NCBI GenBank assembly: GCA_963702005.1
Contig: OY969696.1
Span: 3,008,001 to 3,072,000 of the forward strand
Direction of reading: 5' to 3'
DNA length: 64,000 nt
Origin: Candidatus Aminicenantes bacterium
GTDB taxonomy: Bacteria; Acidobacteriota; Aminicenantia; Aminicenantales; JAFGBC01
Of this stretch, positions 50,904 to 60,185 are shown one piece after another. The number at the start of each line of letters is the position of its first letter. Position 1 is the first letter of the stretch. The position numbers were made by a program, and so were the translations under genes. The notes under the pieces are model-generated. The model made no database searches, was not told the origin of the DNA, and saw nothing but the letters and a program-made list of their open reading frames with translations.

Positions 50904-53900
50904 CTAAGGGCCCTTCTTGGGGAAGGGCGGTATGGCCGGGATGTCCTGCCCCTTGGTCTTGAGCTCCTCGAGGATGACCTCGATGGCCTTGGTGAGCTGC
51001 TCGTCGATTCCGGCATATTCCTTGGCCGGGTCGTTGTCGACCCGGATATCGGGCTCGACGCCGCGGCCCTCGATGATCCAGTCCTTGCCGTCCTTGCTGT
51101 AGGGGGCGAATTCGGGCTTAGTGAGGACCCCGCCGTCGAGGAGAGGCAGGCTTCCCCTGATCCCGACGACACCCCCCCAGGTCCTCTTCCCGATGAGCTT
51201 GCCGAGTCCCATCGTCTTGAACCGGAACGGGAAGATGTCGCCGTCCGAAGCCGAGAACTCGTCGATCAGACAAACCTTGGGACCGACCAGAAGATCGGCC
51301 GGGTCCGGCCCGGGGATCGTGTTCCGGGCCATCTCGACCATGACCATCTCTCGGCGCAGCCTCTCGATCAGCATGGATGAGACACTCCCGCCGCCGTTCC
51401 CGCGGACGTCGATGATCAGGGCCTTCTTGCGGAGCTGGGGATAGAAGTGGCGGACGAACTCGTTGAGCCCGCCCACGCCCATATCGGGGACGTGGATGTA
51501 GCCGACCAGGCCGCCGGTCGCCTTGTCGACCTTCTCGGCGTTGGCTTGGATCCAGTCCTCGTAATAGAGGTCGTTCTCGGTTTCGATCGGGACGACGACG
51601 ACCTCGCGGCTCCCCTGCTCCTCGGGGACGGCGTTGACCTTGAGCTTAACCTGGCGGCCCACCGTGTTGACGAGGGCTTCGTAGACGTCCCTCAGGCCGT
51701 TGACGGGCTTCCCGTTGACGGCGATCAGGTACTCTCCCTCCTTGACGTTCACGCCGACCTCGGTCAGGGGCGAACGGAGGACGGAATTCCAGTTAGCCCC
51801 GCGCAGGATATGGCCGATTTTGTAATATCCCGACGCGGGGTCCCGCTCGAGCCGGGCGCCCAGCATCCCGGTCGCGATCTTGGGCACGCGGGGCAGGTCG
51901 CCGCCGCCGACGTAGGTGTGCCCGGAGCTGAGCTCGCCGATGAGCTCTCCGATGACGTAGGTCAGGTCGGCCCGGTGGTTGGCGGCCTCGGCCAGCGGCT
52001 CGTAGCGGAGGCGGAGGGCCTCCCAGTCCACGCCGTGCATGTTCGGGTCGTAGAAGAAATATTTCATCTGCCGCCAGCACTCTTCGAAGATCTGGCCCCA
52101 CTCCTGACGGAGGTCGAGGACGACTTCCATCTTGCTAAGGTCGAGCTTCTCGTCGAACTTGACCGGGCCCTTGGGCAGGTCGATGATGGCGTAGCTGCGG
52201 TCCTTGGCGACGAGCATCTTCTTGAGGTCGGCCGAAATTTCATAGCCGTCAACCGCGCCCAAGTCGGTCTCCTTGAGGTCGGTCAGGCTGTACATCTTGA
52301 GCGATACCGCCGTGTCGCGGTCGCCCCGCTTGAGGTAGTAGACCGTGTCGCCGACGACGGCGACCGGTCCGTAGTTCGCCACCTCGATGGGCAGGGCGAG
52401 GATTCGGTTCTTGAGTCCGGCGCCGTCGATCTTGACCGTAACGGCCGCCGGGACCGCTTCCTCTTTTTTGTCCTTGTCCTTATCCTTGCCGGCGTCCTTT
52501 CCCGCCTTGGCCGGCTCCTCCTTCTTCACGGCCACCTCGTCGCTCTTGGGCTCAAAGGGAGACTTCGTCTCTTGGGCCAGGGCCAGCAGGTAGATGCGCG
52601 ACATGGACAGGTAAGCGTGGTTCCACTCGGTCTGGCTGAAGATGGGATTGTAATCGCGGTCGGAAACGAACACGACGTACTTGCCGTCCGAGGAGAAGGC
52701 CGGACTTCCGGAATTGTACCAGCCGTCGGTTGCTTCGATCTTCGTTTTCGAGTCGATGGCGTAGAGATAAATCCTGTTCATCGGCTCGGGCATCGGCCGG
52801 GTGTAGACGATCCAGCGGCTGTCCGGGGACCAGGCGTATTCGCTGAACTCCCAACGCTCGGCCTTGTCGACCTCGACGACCTGCTTGGTCTGGACGTCGA
52901 CATACAGGAGCCGGAGCTTCTTGTCGGCCCAAAGGATTTTCTTGCCGTCGGGCGACCAGAGGATCTGGTACTTGTAGGTATCCCCGTCCGCGGTGAGCTG
53001 CTGGGCGGGGCCGGAGCCGTCCTGGGGCATGATCCAGACCTCGTCGCCGCCGCTCTTGTCGGAGAGATAGCCGATCCATTTTCCGTCCGGCGACCACTTG
53101 GAGTTCCGCTCATGGATGCCCGGCGTCGCGGTCAGGTTCCGGGTATTCCCGAACTTGGCCGGAACGGTGAAGATGTCGCCCCGGGCGCCGAACAGGGCGC
53201 GCTTGCCGTCGGGCGAGATCTCGAAGTTGCTGACCTGGTCGCCGACCTTGAGGAGCTTGGTCCGGCCCGCCAGCATATCGTCGGCGATGACGATCGGGAC
53301 CTTCTCGGTCTTTTCGGCGGCCAGGTCGAAGCGGTAGATAAATCCGCCGTTCTCGAAGACGATCGACTGCGGCCCGAGCGAGGGGAACTTGATGTCGAAG
53401 TCCCTGAAGTCGGTCAGCTTCCTGGTCGTCCTGCCGGCGAGGTCGTAGACATAGAGGTTCATCCGCCTCGCCTCATCCCGGTCGGACAGGAAATAGATTC
53501 TGTTCCCCGACCACATCGGGATGATGTCGAGGGCGGGATTGTCGGTGATGTTCTCGACGGCCTTGGTCTTGAAGTCATAGATCCAGACGTCGTCGGCCAT
53601 GCCGCCCCGGTAGCGCTTCCAGGTCCGGAACTCCCGGAAGATGCGGTTGTAGACCAACTTCGCGTCGTCGGGGGCGAAGGAACAGAAACCGCCCCGCGGC
53701 AGGGGAAGTTCGTCGGGCGTTCCGCCCTCGACCGGGACGAGATAAAGCTGGCCGTTGAAGGAGTTCCATTCCCTCATCCGCGAGCGGAAGACGACTTTCT
53801 TCGAATCGTGGGTCCAGCCCATGACGAGGTTGTTGGGGCCCATCCGGTCCGAGATGTCGTCCCGGGTCAGGACGGGAGTGAAGGTCAGCCGCTTGGGGAC

Positions 53901-54209
53901 GCCGCCCCCGGCCGGGATGAGGTAGACTTCCCGGTTCCCGTCGTATTCGCCCGTGAAGGCGATCCACTTCCCGTCCGGGGAAAAGCGGGCGAAAGCCTCA
54001 TAGCCGGGATGGCTGGTGAGCTTGCGGGCGACGCCGCCCGCCAAGGGAACGATGTAGAGGTCCCCGGCATAGCTGAAAGCGATCTGATCCGCGGATACGG
54101 TCGGAAAGCGAAGGAGCCGCGTTTCCGCAGCCGGAGCCTGGGCTTGGGCCAAGGCCGGCCCGGCCATGGCCAGAAACACGCAAAGTATAAGGACGAGTTT
54201 ATGTTTCAT
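50904..54209 (-). CDS. Tricorn-like S41 protease
   Basis: PD40/WD40-like repeats, PDZ region, DVRGNGGG, SASDGD, RTWGG. Confidence 0.94.
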   Translation of the reverse strand: MKHKLVLILCVFLAMAGPALAQAQAPAAETRLLRFPTVSADQIAFSYAGDLYIVPLAGGVARKLTSHPGYEAFARFSPDGKWIAFTGEYDGNREVYLIPAGGGVPKRLTFTPVLTRDDISDRMGPNNLVMGWTHDSKKVVFRSRMREWNSFNGQLYLVPVEGGTPDELPLPRGGFCSFAPDDAKLVYNRIFREFRTWKRYRGGMADDVWIYDFKTKAVENITDNPALDIIPMWSGNRIYFLSDRDEARRMNLYVYDLAGRTTRKLTDFRDFDIKFPSLGPQSIVFENGGFIYRFDLAAEKTEKVPIVIADDMLAGRTKLLKVGDQVSNFEISPDGKRALFGARGDIFTVPAKFGNTRNLTATPGIHERNSKWSPDGKWIGYLSDKSGGDEVWIMPQDGSGPAQQLTADGDTYKYQILWSPDGKKILWADKKLRLLYVDVQTKQVVEVDKAERWEFSEYAWSPDSRWIVYTRPMPEPMNRIYLYAIDSKTKIEATDGWYNSGSPAFSSDGKYVVFVSDRDYNPIFSQTEWNHAYLSMSRIYLLALAQETKSPFEPKSDEVAVKKEEPAKAGKDAGKDKDKDKKEEAVPAAVTVKIDGAGLKNRILALPIEVANYGPVAVVGDTVYYLKRGDRDTAVSLKMYSLTDLKETDLGAVDGYEISADLKKMLVAKDRSYAIIDLPKGPVKFDEKLDLSKMEVVLDLRQEWGQIFEECWRQMKYFFYDPNMHGVDWEALRLRYEPLAEAANHRADLTYVIGELIGELSSGHTYVGGGDLPRVPKIATGMLGARLERDPASGYYKIGHILRGANWNSVLRSPLTEVGVNVKEGEYLIAVNGKPVNGLRDVYEALVNTVGRQVKLKVNAVPEEQGSREVVVVPIETENDLYYEDWIQANAEKVDKATGGLVGYIHVPDMGVGGLNEFVRHFYPQLRKKALIIDVRGNGGGSVSSMLIERLRREMVMVEMARNTIPGPDPADLLVGPKVCLIDEFSASDGDIFPFRFKTMGLGKLIGKRTWGGVVGIRGSLPLLDGGVLTKPEFAPYSKDGKDWIIEGRGVEPDIRVDNDPAKEYAGIDEQLTKAIEVILEELKTKGQDIPAIPPFPKKGP

Positions 54210-54278
54210 AAGACCTCCTCTGAACATAAGGGGCTTCACTATAACAAAAAAAATGACCATGGACAATCGCGCTGTCCG

Positions 54279-55022
54279 CTATTTTTTTGTTTTCAGGAGG
54301 AGCGCACGGCGTTTGGCCGGGGGAAATCTCTCGATGGCGTAGCGGAGGGTCGTCCGGGGAATGCGGGGACCGTGCTTGAGCAGGAAGGCCTCGAGGGACG
54401 CCATGTCCTGCTTCCCCGCCTCGCGCAGGAGCCAGCCGGCCGCCTTGTGGATGAGGTCGTCTTCGGAGTCGAAGTGGGACCGGGCCATTTCATAGACGGC
54501 AGCCTTGAATTCGGGGCGTTTGGCGAGCTTGATGAAAGAGACAAGGGACGCCCGCCGGACCCAGCGGCTGGGATGGACAGCCCAGGCCTTGATCTCCCTC
54601 CTGAGCTCGGGATAGGCGGTCAGCAGAGCCCCGCCCGCGTAAGGGCAGAGGACATCGACCGAAGCCCAATTGTCGAGATAAGAAGCGGCCAGCCAGTCCT
54701 TGATTTTGTCGAACAGGTCTCGGGGAAAGGACTTCTTGAAGCGCAGGAGGATGAACGCTCCCAACGCTTTGTATTCGAGCTCGGGCCGGGGAAAGACGAG
54801 GTCGCAGAGTTTCACGGCGTCCGCCGCCGTCCAGGTCCCCTTGATGTCGTTGTAAAGGCCGGTGACGATCGCCCCGATTTCCGGGGAGGACAGCCCGAAC
54901 AGCTTGACCCGCTCCTTGAAATACTTCTGCCCTTGAGCCGCCCTGGCGGGATCGGCCTTGGACTTGAACAGGTCGGCCGCTTTTGCGGCGACTTCCTGGG
55001 CGGACAACTTATACCGATCCAT
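54279..55022 (-). CDS. DNA alkylation repair protein (AlkD family)
   Basis: DNWASVD, WVRRAS, IHKAAGWLLREAGK, TLRYAIE. Confidence 0.9.
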   Translation of the reverse strand: MDRYKLSAQEVAAKAADLFKSKADPARAAQGQKYFKERVKLFGLSSPEIGAIVTGLYNDIKGTWTAADAVKLCDLVFPRPELEYKALGAFILLRFKKSFPRDLFDKIKDWLAASYLDNWASVDVLCPYAGGALLTAYPELRREIKAWAVHPSRWVRRASLVSFIKLAKRPEFKAAVYEMARSHFDSEDDLIHKAAGWLLREAGKQDMASLEAFLLKHGPRIPRTTLRYAIERFPPAKRRALLLKTKK

Positions 55023-55042
55023 GCTTGCCTCCTCTTTAAGCC

Positions 55043-56158
55043 TCAGACGAACGCGGAAAAAACGCTGTTGGCAACAAGCCAGCGTTCTTCCGGTATGGAA
55101 AGGCGGTCTTCCTCGACCGTAAGCCACCCCTCCTCCGCCAGCTCCCCGATCGCCTCCCGGTACCGTTCCCTGATATCGACCCCGAAGCGCCTCCGGATAT
55201 CCGAGGGGCGAATCCCTTCCCGGAGCCTGAGCCCGAAAATGACGGCCTCGGCGGCCAGGCGGCCGGGATCGAGGCTGAGGACCTCAATCTTCGGATCGCC
55301 GCCGTCGGCCAGGGTCCGGCTCCAGTCATCGACGTCCGCCCTGTTGCACCATCGCCTATGTCCGAGATGAGAGCAGGCCGAGGGGCCGACTCCGAGAAAC
55401 GGCTCGTAGCGCCAGTATTTGAGATTGTGGAGGCAGCGCCGGCCGGGCCGGCTGAAGTTCGAAATCTCATAGTGCTCGTATCCGAGCCGGGATAAACTCC
55501 GGCACAGCCCCGCGTGGGCTTCGGCGACGGCATCGTCGTCCGGGGGATTCTGCCGGACGACGGCTTCAAAAGGAAGCCCCTCGACCTCCTCGAGAATATA
55601 GACGGAAACGTGGTCGGGAGCGAGGCGGCTGACCCCATCCAGGATTTCGGCCGCCCGGCCGCCGCCTTCGCCCGGAACGCCGATCATGAAGTCGAGGTTG
55701 ATGTTGTCGAATCCGGCCCGGCGGCAGGCGTCATAGATGCCGATCGCCTCGGAGGACGAATGCTCCCGGCCCAACGTCTCGAGAATGCGGTCGTCAAAGG
55801 ATTGGACGCCGAGGCTGAGCCTCGTCACCCCGGCGGCCTTCCATCCCCGGAGGAGGAGCGGATCGAGACGGCCCGGATTGGCTTCGAGCGTGAATTCCCG
55901 GAACTTGGCCCTCAAAGCCGTTGCCAGATCACCGGCCAGCCTGGATATATCGTCCGGTTGGAGAAGGGACGGCGTCCCCCCGCCCAGATAGAGGGTGTCG
56001 AACTCGAGGTCCAGCCCGGCCCAGCGGCCGGCCTCCGCGGCGATCCCTTCCTGCCAGCCCCTCAAGCGCCTTTCATCGTAGGGCACGCTCAGGAAATGAC
56101 AATAGGGGCACTTATTTCGACAGAACGGAAAATGGACGTAGAGGCCCGCCGATTCCAT
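55043..56158 (-). CDS. hemW: Radical SAM heme chaperone HemW
   Basis: YVHFPFCRNKCPYCHF, GGGTPS, YEISNF, HNLKYW. Confidence 0.92.
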   Translation of the reverse strand: MESAGLYVHFPFCRNKCPYCHFLSVPYDERRLRGWQEGIAAEAGRWAGLDLEFDTLYLGGGTPSLLQPDDISRLAGDLATALRAKFREFTLEANPGRLDPLLLRGWKAAGVTRLSLGVQSFDDRILETLGREHSSSEAIGIYDACRRAGFDNINLDFMIGVPGEGGGRAAEILDGVSRLAPDHVSVYILEEVEGLPFEAVVRQNPPDDDAVAEAHAGLCRSLSRLGYEHYEISNFSRPGRRCLHNLKYWRYEPFLGVGPSACSHLGHRRWCNRADVDDWSRTLADGGDPKIEVLSLDPGRLAAEAVIFGLRLREGIRPSDIRRRFGVDIRERYREAIGELAEEGWLTVEEDRLSIPEERWLVANSVFSAFV

Positions 56159-56216
56159 GGGATGCCATGATAATAGAATCGGGCCGGCCGCGGCAATCGG
56201 GAAAAAACCGCTCAGG

Positions 56217-56753
56217 TCATTCGTAGGCGATCACGGCGCCGTGGAAGCGGAGCCGGTCGACCCCATCGTAAAAAACGACGTAGAGGGCGTACGAGTAACG
56301 GGTGTTGTCGACGACGGCGTTGGCGACCGTCTTATCCTCGACGATGCGCCGATCGATGATGCAGGGGACGCCCTCGGTCGTGGTCATGGCCATGGTCTGG
56401 AGCTTCCCGGTCGCCAGGTCATGGCGCATGAGATTCACGACCAACTCCTGGTTGGCGCCGCAGGCATTGTCCGTGTAATAGACGGTCAGGCTCTTAACCC
56501 GAACCCCTTGGGACAGGTTCAACGGAACGTAGGCGTAAGAATTGACCGGGGCCGACAGGTTGTTAGCGAAGTAAAAAGCATCCGAGTTGGACACCCAGGG
56601 AAGGGCGTCGTTCTTGAAATCGGCCGGCTTGAGGGCGGTCGGGGGGACGGACAGAGACCTGAGGGTCGCCGGGGCCGCGCCCGCTCCGCCGGCCGAGGCC
56701 AGAATCGAGACGAGACCGAGGACGGCCGTCAAGACTATCTCAAAACGTTTCAT
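56217..56753 (-). CDS. Hypothetical secreted beta-rich protein
   Basis: Signal peptide; GAGG RBS; good sigma70 promoter upstream. Confidence 0.75.
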   Translation of the reverse strand: MKRFEIVLTAVLGLVSILASAGGAGAAPATLRSLSVPPTALKPADFKNDALPWVSNSDAFYFANNLSAPVNSYAYVPLNLSQGVRVKSLTVYYTDNACGANQELVVNLMRHDLATGKLQTMAMTTTEGVPCIIDRRIVEDKTVANAVVDNTRYSYALYVVFYDGVDRLRFHGAVIAYE

Positions 56754-56787
56754 GTTAATTCCTCTAATTCCTATAGATTTTGTAGTT

Positions 56788-56816
56788 ATAATACAGAAAG
56801 GCGGGGGCGCTGTCAA
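56788..56816 (-). promoter_or_regulatory. Sigma70-type promoter
   Basis: TTGACA-N17-TATTAT. Confidence 0.65.
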
Positions 56817-56837
56817 GGGTATCGGGCGGAAGCTCCG

Positions 56838-58019
56838 TTAAAGTGCGATGGCTTCGGTCTCGAAATTCTCGGTCAATGCGATCATCCCGGGAGTCTTCCC
56901 GAACTTGCGGACGTAGTGAACCTCGATGTCCTGGCTCAGGCCGTCCAGGATGTTCTTGCGGGCCAGGACCACGGCGCAGCCGCCGAAGCCCGCCCCGGTC
57001 AGCCGGGCCCCGCTGGCACCCGAGGCCCGCGCCGACTCGACGATGAAGTCGAGCTCGGGGGCGCTGACCTCGTAGTCCTCCTTGAGGCTCCGGTGGGATT
57101 CAAAGAAGAGCCGGCCGACCTGCTCCAGGTCGTCGGCCTGGAGGGCCTTGACGGCCTCGAGGACGCGGCCGTCCTCGGAAACGACGTGGGCCGCCCGCCG
57201 CCGGACCGTCTCGGGCAGACCGTTTTGATAGCGGGCGAACATTTCGGGGTCGACGTCGCGCAGGGCTTTGACGGCCGGGGCCTTGACCTGGAAGTAGCGG
57301 ACGGCCTCGTCGCACTCGGCCCGCCTTTGGTTGTAGGCGGACTGGGCCAGCTCGCGCTTGACCCTGGTGTCCACGATCAGGAGACCGTGCTTGGCCAAGC
57401 GGAGCGGCACGTTCTCGTAGGCGAGGCTCCGGCAGTCCAGGAACAGCGCGTGGTTTTTTCGTCCCAGCCGGCAGACGAATTGATCCATGATCCCGCAGTT
57501 GACTCCGACAAAGGCGTTCTCAGCTTTTTGGGCAAGCAGGCTCATCCGGACCGGGTCGAGCCCGAGCCCGAAGGCTTTGTCCAGGCCGTAGGCGGTGGCG
57601 ACCTCGATGGCCGCCGAGGAACTGAGGCCCGAGGCGATCGGGACGTCGCCGTAAACGACGCCTTCGCTCCCCTTGAAATCGACCCCGGCCTCGCCGAGGA
57701 CCTTCATGACGCCCTTGAGGTAGTTCGACCAGTGGTGCCCTTCGCTCCGCTGGATCCCGGCCAGCTCCCACGACGATTTCTCCATGAAGTTCAGCGAGTA
57801 GAAGATGCAGCTGTCGTCCGTTCGGGGCCGGAGGCCGATATAGACGGCCCGGTTGATGGTCGTCGGAAAGACATAGCCCTCGTTGTAGTCTGTATGCTCT
57901 CCGATGAGGTTGACCCGGCCCGGCGTCCGGACCAAGATCATGCCCTCCGCGCTCTCGAATTCGCGCTTGAAGACCTCGATGATCTGGTTGTAGATCACGG
58001 CCTGGGTTTTATCCGGCAT
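56838..58019 (-). CDS. galK: Galactokinase
   Basis: PGRVNLIGEHTDYN, GLSSSAA, CGIMDQ, RLTGAGFGG. Confidence 0.96.
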   Translation of the reverse strand: MPDKTQAVIYNQIIEVFKREFESAEGMILVRTPGRVNLIGEHTDYNEGYVFPTTINRAVYIGLRPRTDDSCIFYSLNFMEKSSWELAGIQRSEGHHWSNYLKGVMKVLGEAGVDFKGSEGVVYGDVPIASGLSSSAAIEVATAYGLDKAFGLGLDPVRMSLLAQKAENAFVGVNCGIMDQFVCRLGRKNHALFLDCRSLAYENVPLRLAKHGLLIVDTRVKRELAQSAYNQRRAECDEAVRYFQVKAPAVKALRDVDPEMFARYQNGLPETVRRRAAHVVSEDGRVLEAVKALQADDLEQVGRLFFESHRSLKEDYEVSAPELDFIVESARASGASGARLTGAGFGGCAVVLARKNILDGLSQDIEVHYVRKFGKTPGMIALTENFETEAIAL

Positions 58020-58140
58020 TCCCTCACTCCTCGGCGGATATCAATCCTATGATCCGACACGCCCCAAAATAGCATCCGACGCGGAGGGATGTCAACTCGG
58101 AACGGAACCTTCGCCGGGCGGCTTATGGACCTGACGATAA

Positions 58141-58395
58141 TTATTTCTGCGCGGAGCCGCCCCTCCGATTCCGCCCCTTGACCAGCGCCACGACGATGAG
58201 CAGGGCGCCGACAAGAAGGACGACCCCGCCCCAGATCAGGTTGACGTTGAGGCCGAAGGATTTCGCGTACTCGGAAGGGTTGCTCAGGAGTCCGTAGAGG
58301 ACGAGGACGACGCCGTAAAAGACGAGGAGCCCGCCCAGCGGAATCCTGAGGTCGAGGAAATGGAACTTGCCGCCGCTCTTTTCGGTTTGATCCAT
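58141..58395 (-). CDS. Small 2-TM protein accompanying the symporter
   Basis: LDLRIPLGGLL...NVNLIWG; directly downstream of the SSS gene. Confidence 0.75.
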   Translation of the reverse strand: MDQTEKSGGKFHFLDLRIPLGGLLVFYGVVLVLYGLLSNPSEYAKSFGLNVNLIWGGVVLLVGALLIVVALVKGRNRRGGSAQK

Positions 58396-58421
58396 GATCG
58401 TCTCCTTTCAGGATCCCGCGC

Positions 58422-60041
58422 TTACCAGAAGAGGAGGTTGAGGATGAAGGCCGCCACCAGCACCGCCGAGCCCCAAACCTCGGGCCTGAGCAGGAATCGG
58501 GCGGCGGCCTTGGCCTTGGGCGAGACGCCGTAGACGAGGCCGGCCAGCTCGCTCACGGGCTTCTTCCGCGTGACCAGGCTGACGCCTATCGTCACCACGA
58601 AGTCGGTCGACCAGGCCCACCAGGCCTGATAGAAATTGGCGCCCATCTCGCTCGCGTATTTGATCGTTCCTGTCTTATAAAGGGCGTAGTGGCCGGCCGC
58701 GGCCAGGATCCCGGCCAAGAGCCCGCAGAATCCGCCCTTGGGGCTCGCCCGTTTCCAGAACATGCCGAGCAGGAAGGTCGCGAACAGCGGGGCGTTGAAG
58801 AAAGAGAAGATGAGCTGCATGTAATCCATCAGGTTGGGGAAGCCCTGGACGATGAAAGCCGTCCCGACGCTGAGGACGATCCCGACGACCGTCGTCCACT
58901 TCCCCATCAAGAGGTAGTGCCGGTCGGGCATGCCCTTTTTGATGTAGCTTCCGTAGATGTCGTAGGTCCAGACCGTGTTGAAGGCCGTCACGTTCCCGGC
59001 CATCCCCGACATGAAGCTCGCCAGCAGCCCGGTGATGGCCAGGCCCAGGAGGCCGTTCGGGAGGTAATGGGACATTAGCAGAATCAGGGCCGAGTTGTAG
59101 TTGGGAGTTTGTCCGGCCGCCTGCTGGAATTGGGGCAGCACGGCCACGGCCAGCAGGCCCGGGGTGACGACGATGAGGGGGACGATCATCTTAGGGAAGG
59201 CGGCGATGATCGGTGTCCGGCGGGCCGCGGCCAGGTTCTCGGAGGCGAGCGCCCGCTGGACGACCAGGAAGTCCGTCGTCCAGTAGCCGAAGGACAGGAC
59301 GAAGCCCAGTCCGAGGACGACGCCCAGCCACTCGATCCCGAGCGGATTGGCCGATGAGCTCCCCAAATTCTTCCAGGCGTGGAGGAAGGACGCCGGGACC
59401 TTGGCGATGAAACCCTGGAAGCCGCCGACCTCTTTCAGCCCGAGAAAGACGATCGGGAGCAGGCCGAGCCAGATCAGGAAGAACTGGATGACTTCGTTGT
59501 AGATGGACGAGGACAGCCCGCCCCAGAAAATATAGAGGAGAACGACCAGGGCCGAGACGAGGATGCTCGTCATCAAAGACCAGCCGAGCATGAGCTTGAA
59601 GAGGAGGGCCATCGCGTACATCGAGATCCCGCTCATGAGAAGGGTCATGATGGCGAACGAGATCGCGTTCAGGCCGTGGGTGGCGTTGTTGTAGCGACGC
59701 TTGAGATACTCGGGGACGCTTTTGACCTTGCTTTCATAGTAGAAGGGCATCATGAAGATGCCCAGAAAGACCATGGCCGGGATGGCCCCGATCCAGTAGA
59801 AATGGACGGTCAGGATCCCGTACTTGGCCGAGTTGGCGACCATGCCTATAATCTCCAGAGCCCCCAGGTTCGCGGACAGGAAGGCCAGGCCCGTGATCCA
59901 GCTCGGCAAGGAGCGGCCCGACAGGAAGAAGTCTTCCCCGGTCTTCATGTATTTTTTCAGGCCGTAGCCGACGAGGACGGTCACGACCAGGTAGCCGACG
60001 ATGATGAGGTAATCGACGAGATTGACGCTGATGGGATTCAT
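58422..60041 (-). CDS. Sodium:solute symporter (probably sugar/galactose)
   Basis: DFFLSGRS, YWTTDFLVVQR, SFMSG; adjacent to galK. Confidence 0.92.
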   Translation of the reverse strand: MNPISVNLVDYLIIVGYLVVTVLVGYGLKKYMKTGEDFFLSGRSLPSWITGLAFLSANLGALEIIGMVANSAKYGILTVHFYWIGAIPAMVFLGIFMMPFYYESKVKSVPEYLKRRYNNATHGLNAISFAIMTLLMSGISMYAMALLFKLMLGWSLMTSILVSALVVLLYIFWGGLSSSIYNEVIQFFLIWLGLLPIVFLGLKEVGGFQGFIAKVPASFLHAWKNLGSSSANPLGIEWLGVVLGLGFVLSFGYWTTDFLVVQRALASENLAAARRTPIIAAFPKMIVPLIVVTPGLLAVAVLPQFQQAAGQTPNYNSALILLMSHYLPNGLLGLAITGLLASFMSGMAGNVTAFNTVWTYDIYGSYIKKGMPDRHYLLMGKWTTVVGIVLSVGTAFIVQGFPNLMDYMQLIFSFFNAPLFATFLLGMFWKRASPKGGFCGLLAGILAAAGHYALYKTGTIKYASEMGANFYQAWWAWSTDFVVTIGVSLVTRKKPVSELAGLVYGVSPKAKAAARFLLRPEVWGSAVLVAAFILNLLFW

Positions 60042-60116
60042 GGGTACCTCCTCCGAGGCGTTCTCCGGCCGGGGCCGATTATAAAAACAATCGGGAGATA
60101 AAGCAAGCCATCCCGA

Positions 60117-60145
60117 TTGACAGCGGGCGCATGGCTGACTATCCT
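60117..60145 (+). promoter_or_regulatory. Sigma70-type promoter
   Basis: TTGACA-N17-TATCCT, 40 bp before the ATG with GGAGG RBS. Confidence 0.65.
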
Positions 60146-60185
60146 GTGATCAGATTGAAGGACGGGATGGTCTAGGGAGGACCTC

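Noticed and set aside
51447-55370. 1307-aa plus-strand ORF and other long antisense ORFs (e.g. 2447..4390, 10382..12163, 19211..21019, 31838..33568, 33686..35758, 42511..44094, 56157..58052)
   Set aside because: Shadow frames opposite well-supported genes; expected from high-GC codon bias, and no recognisable motifs
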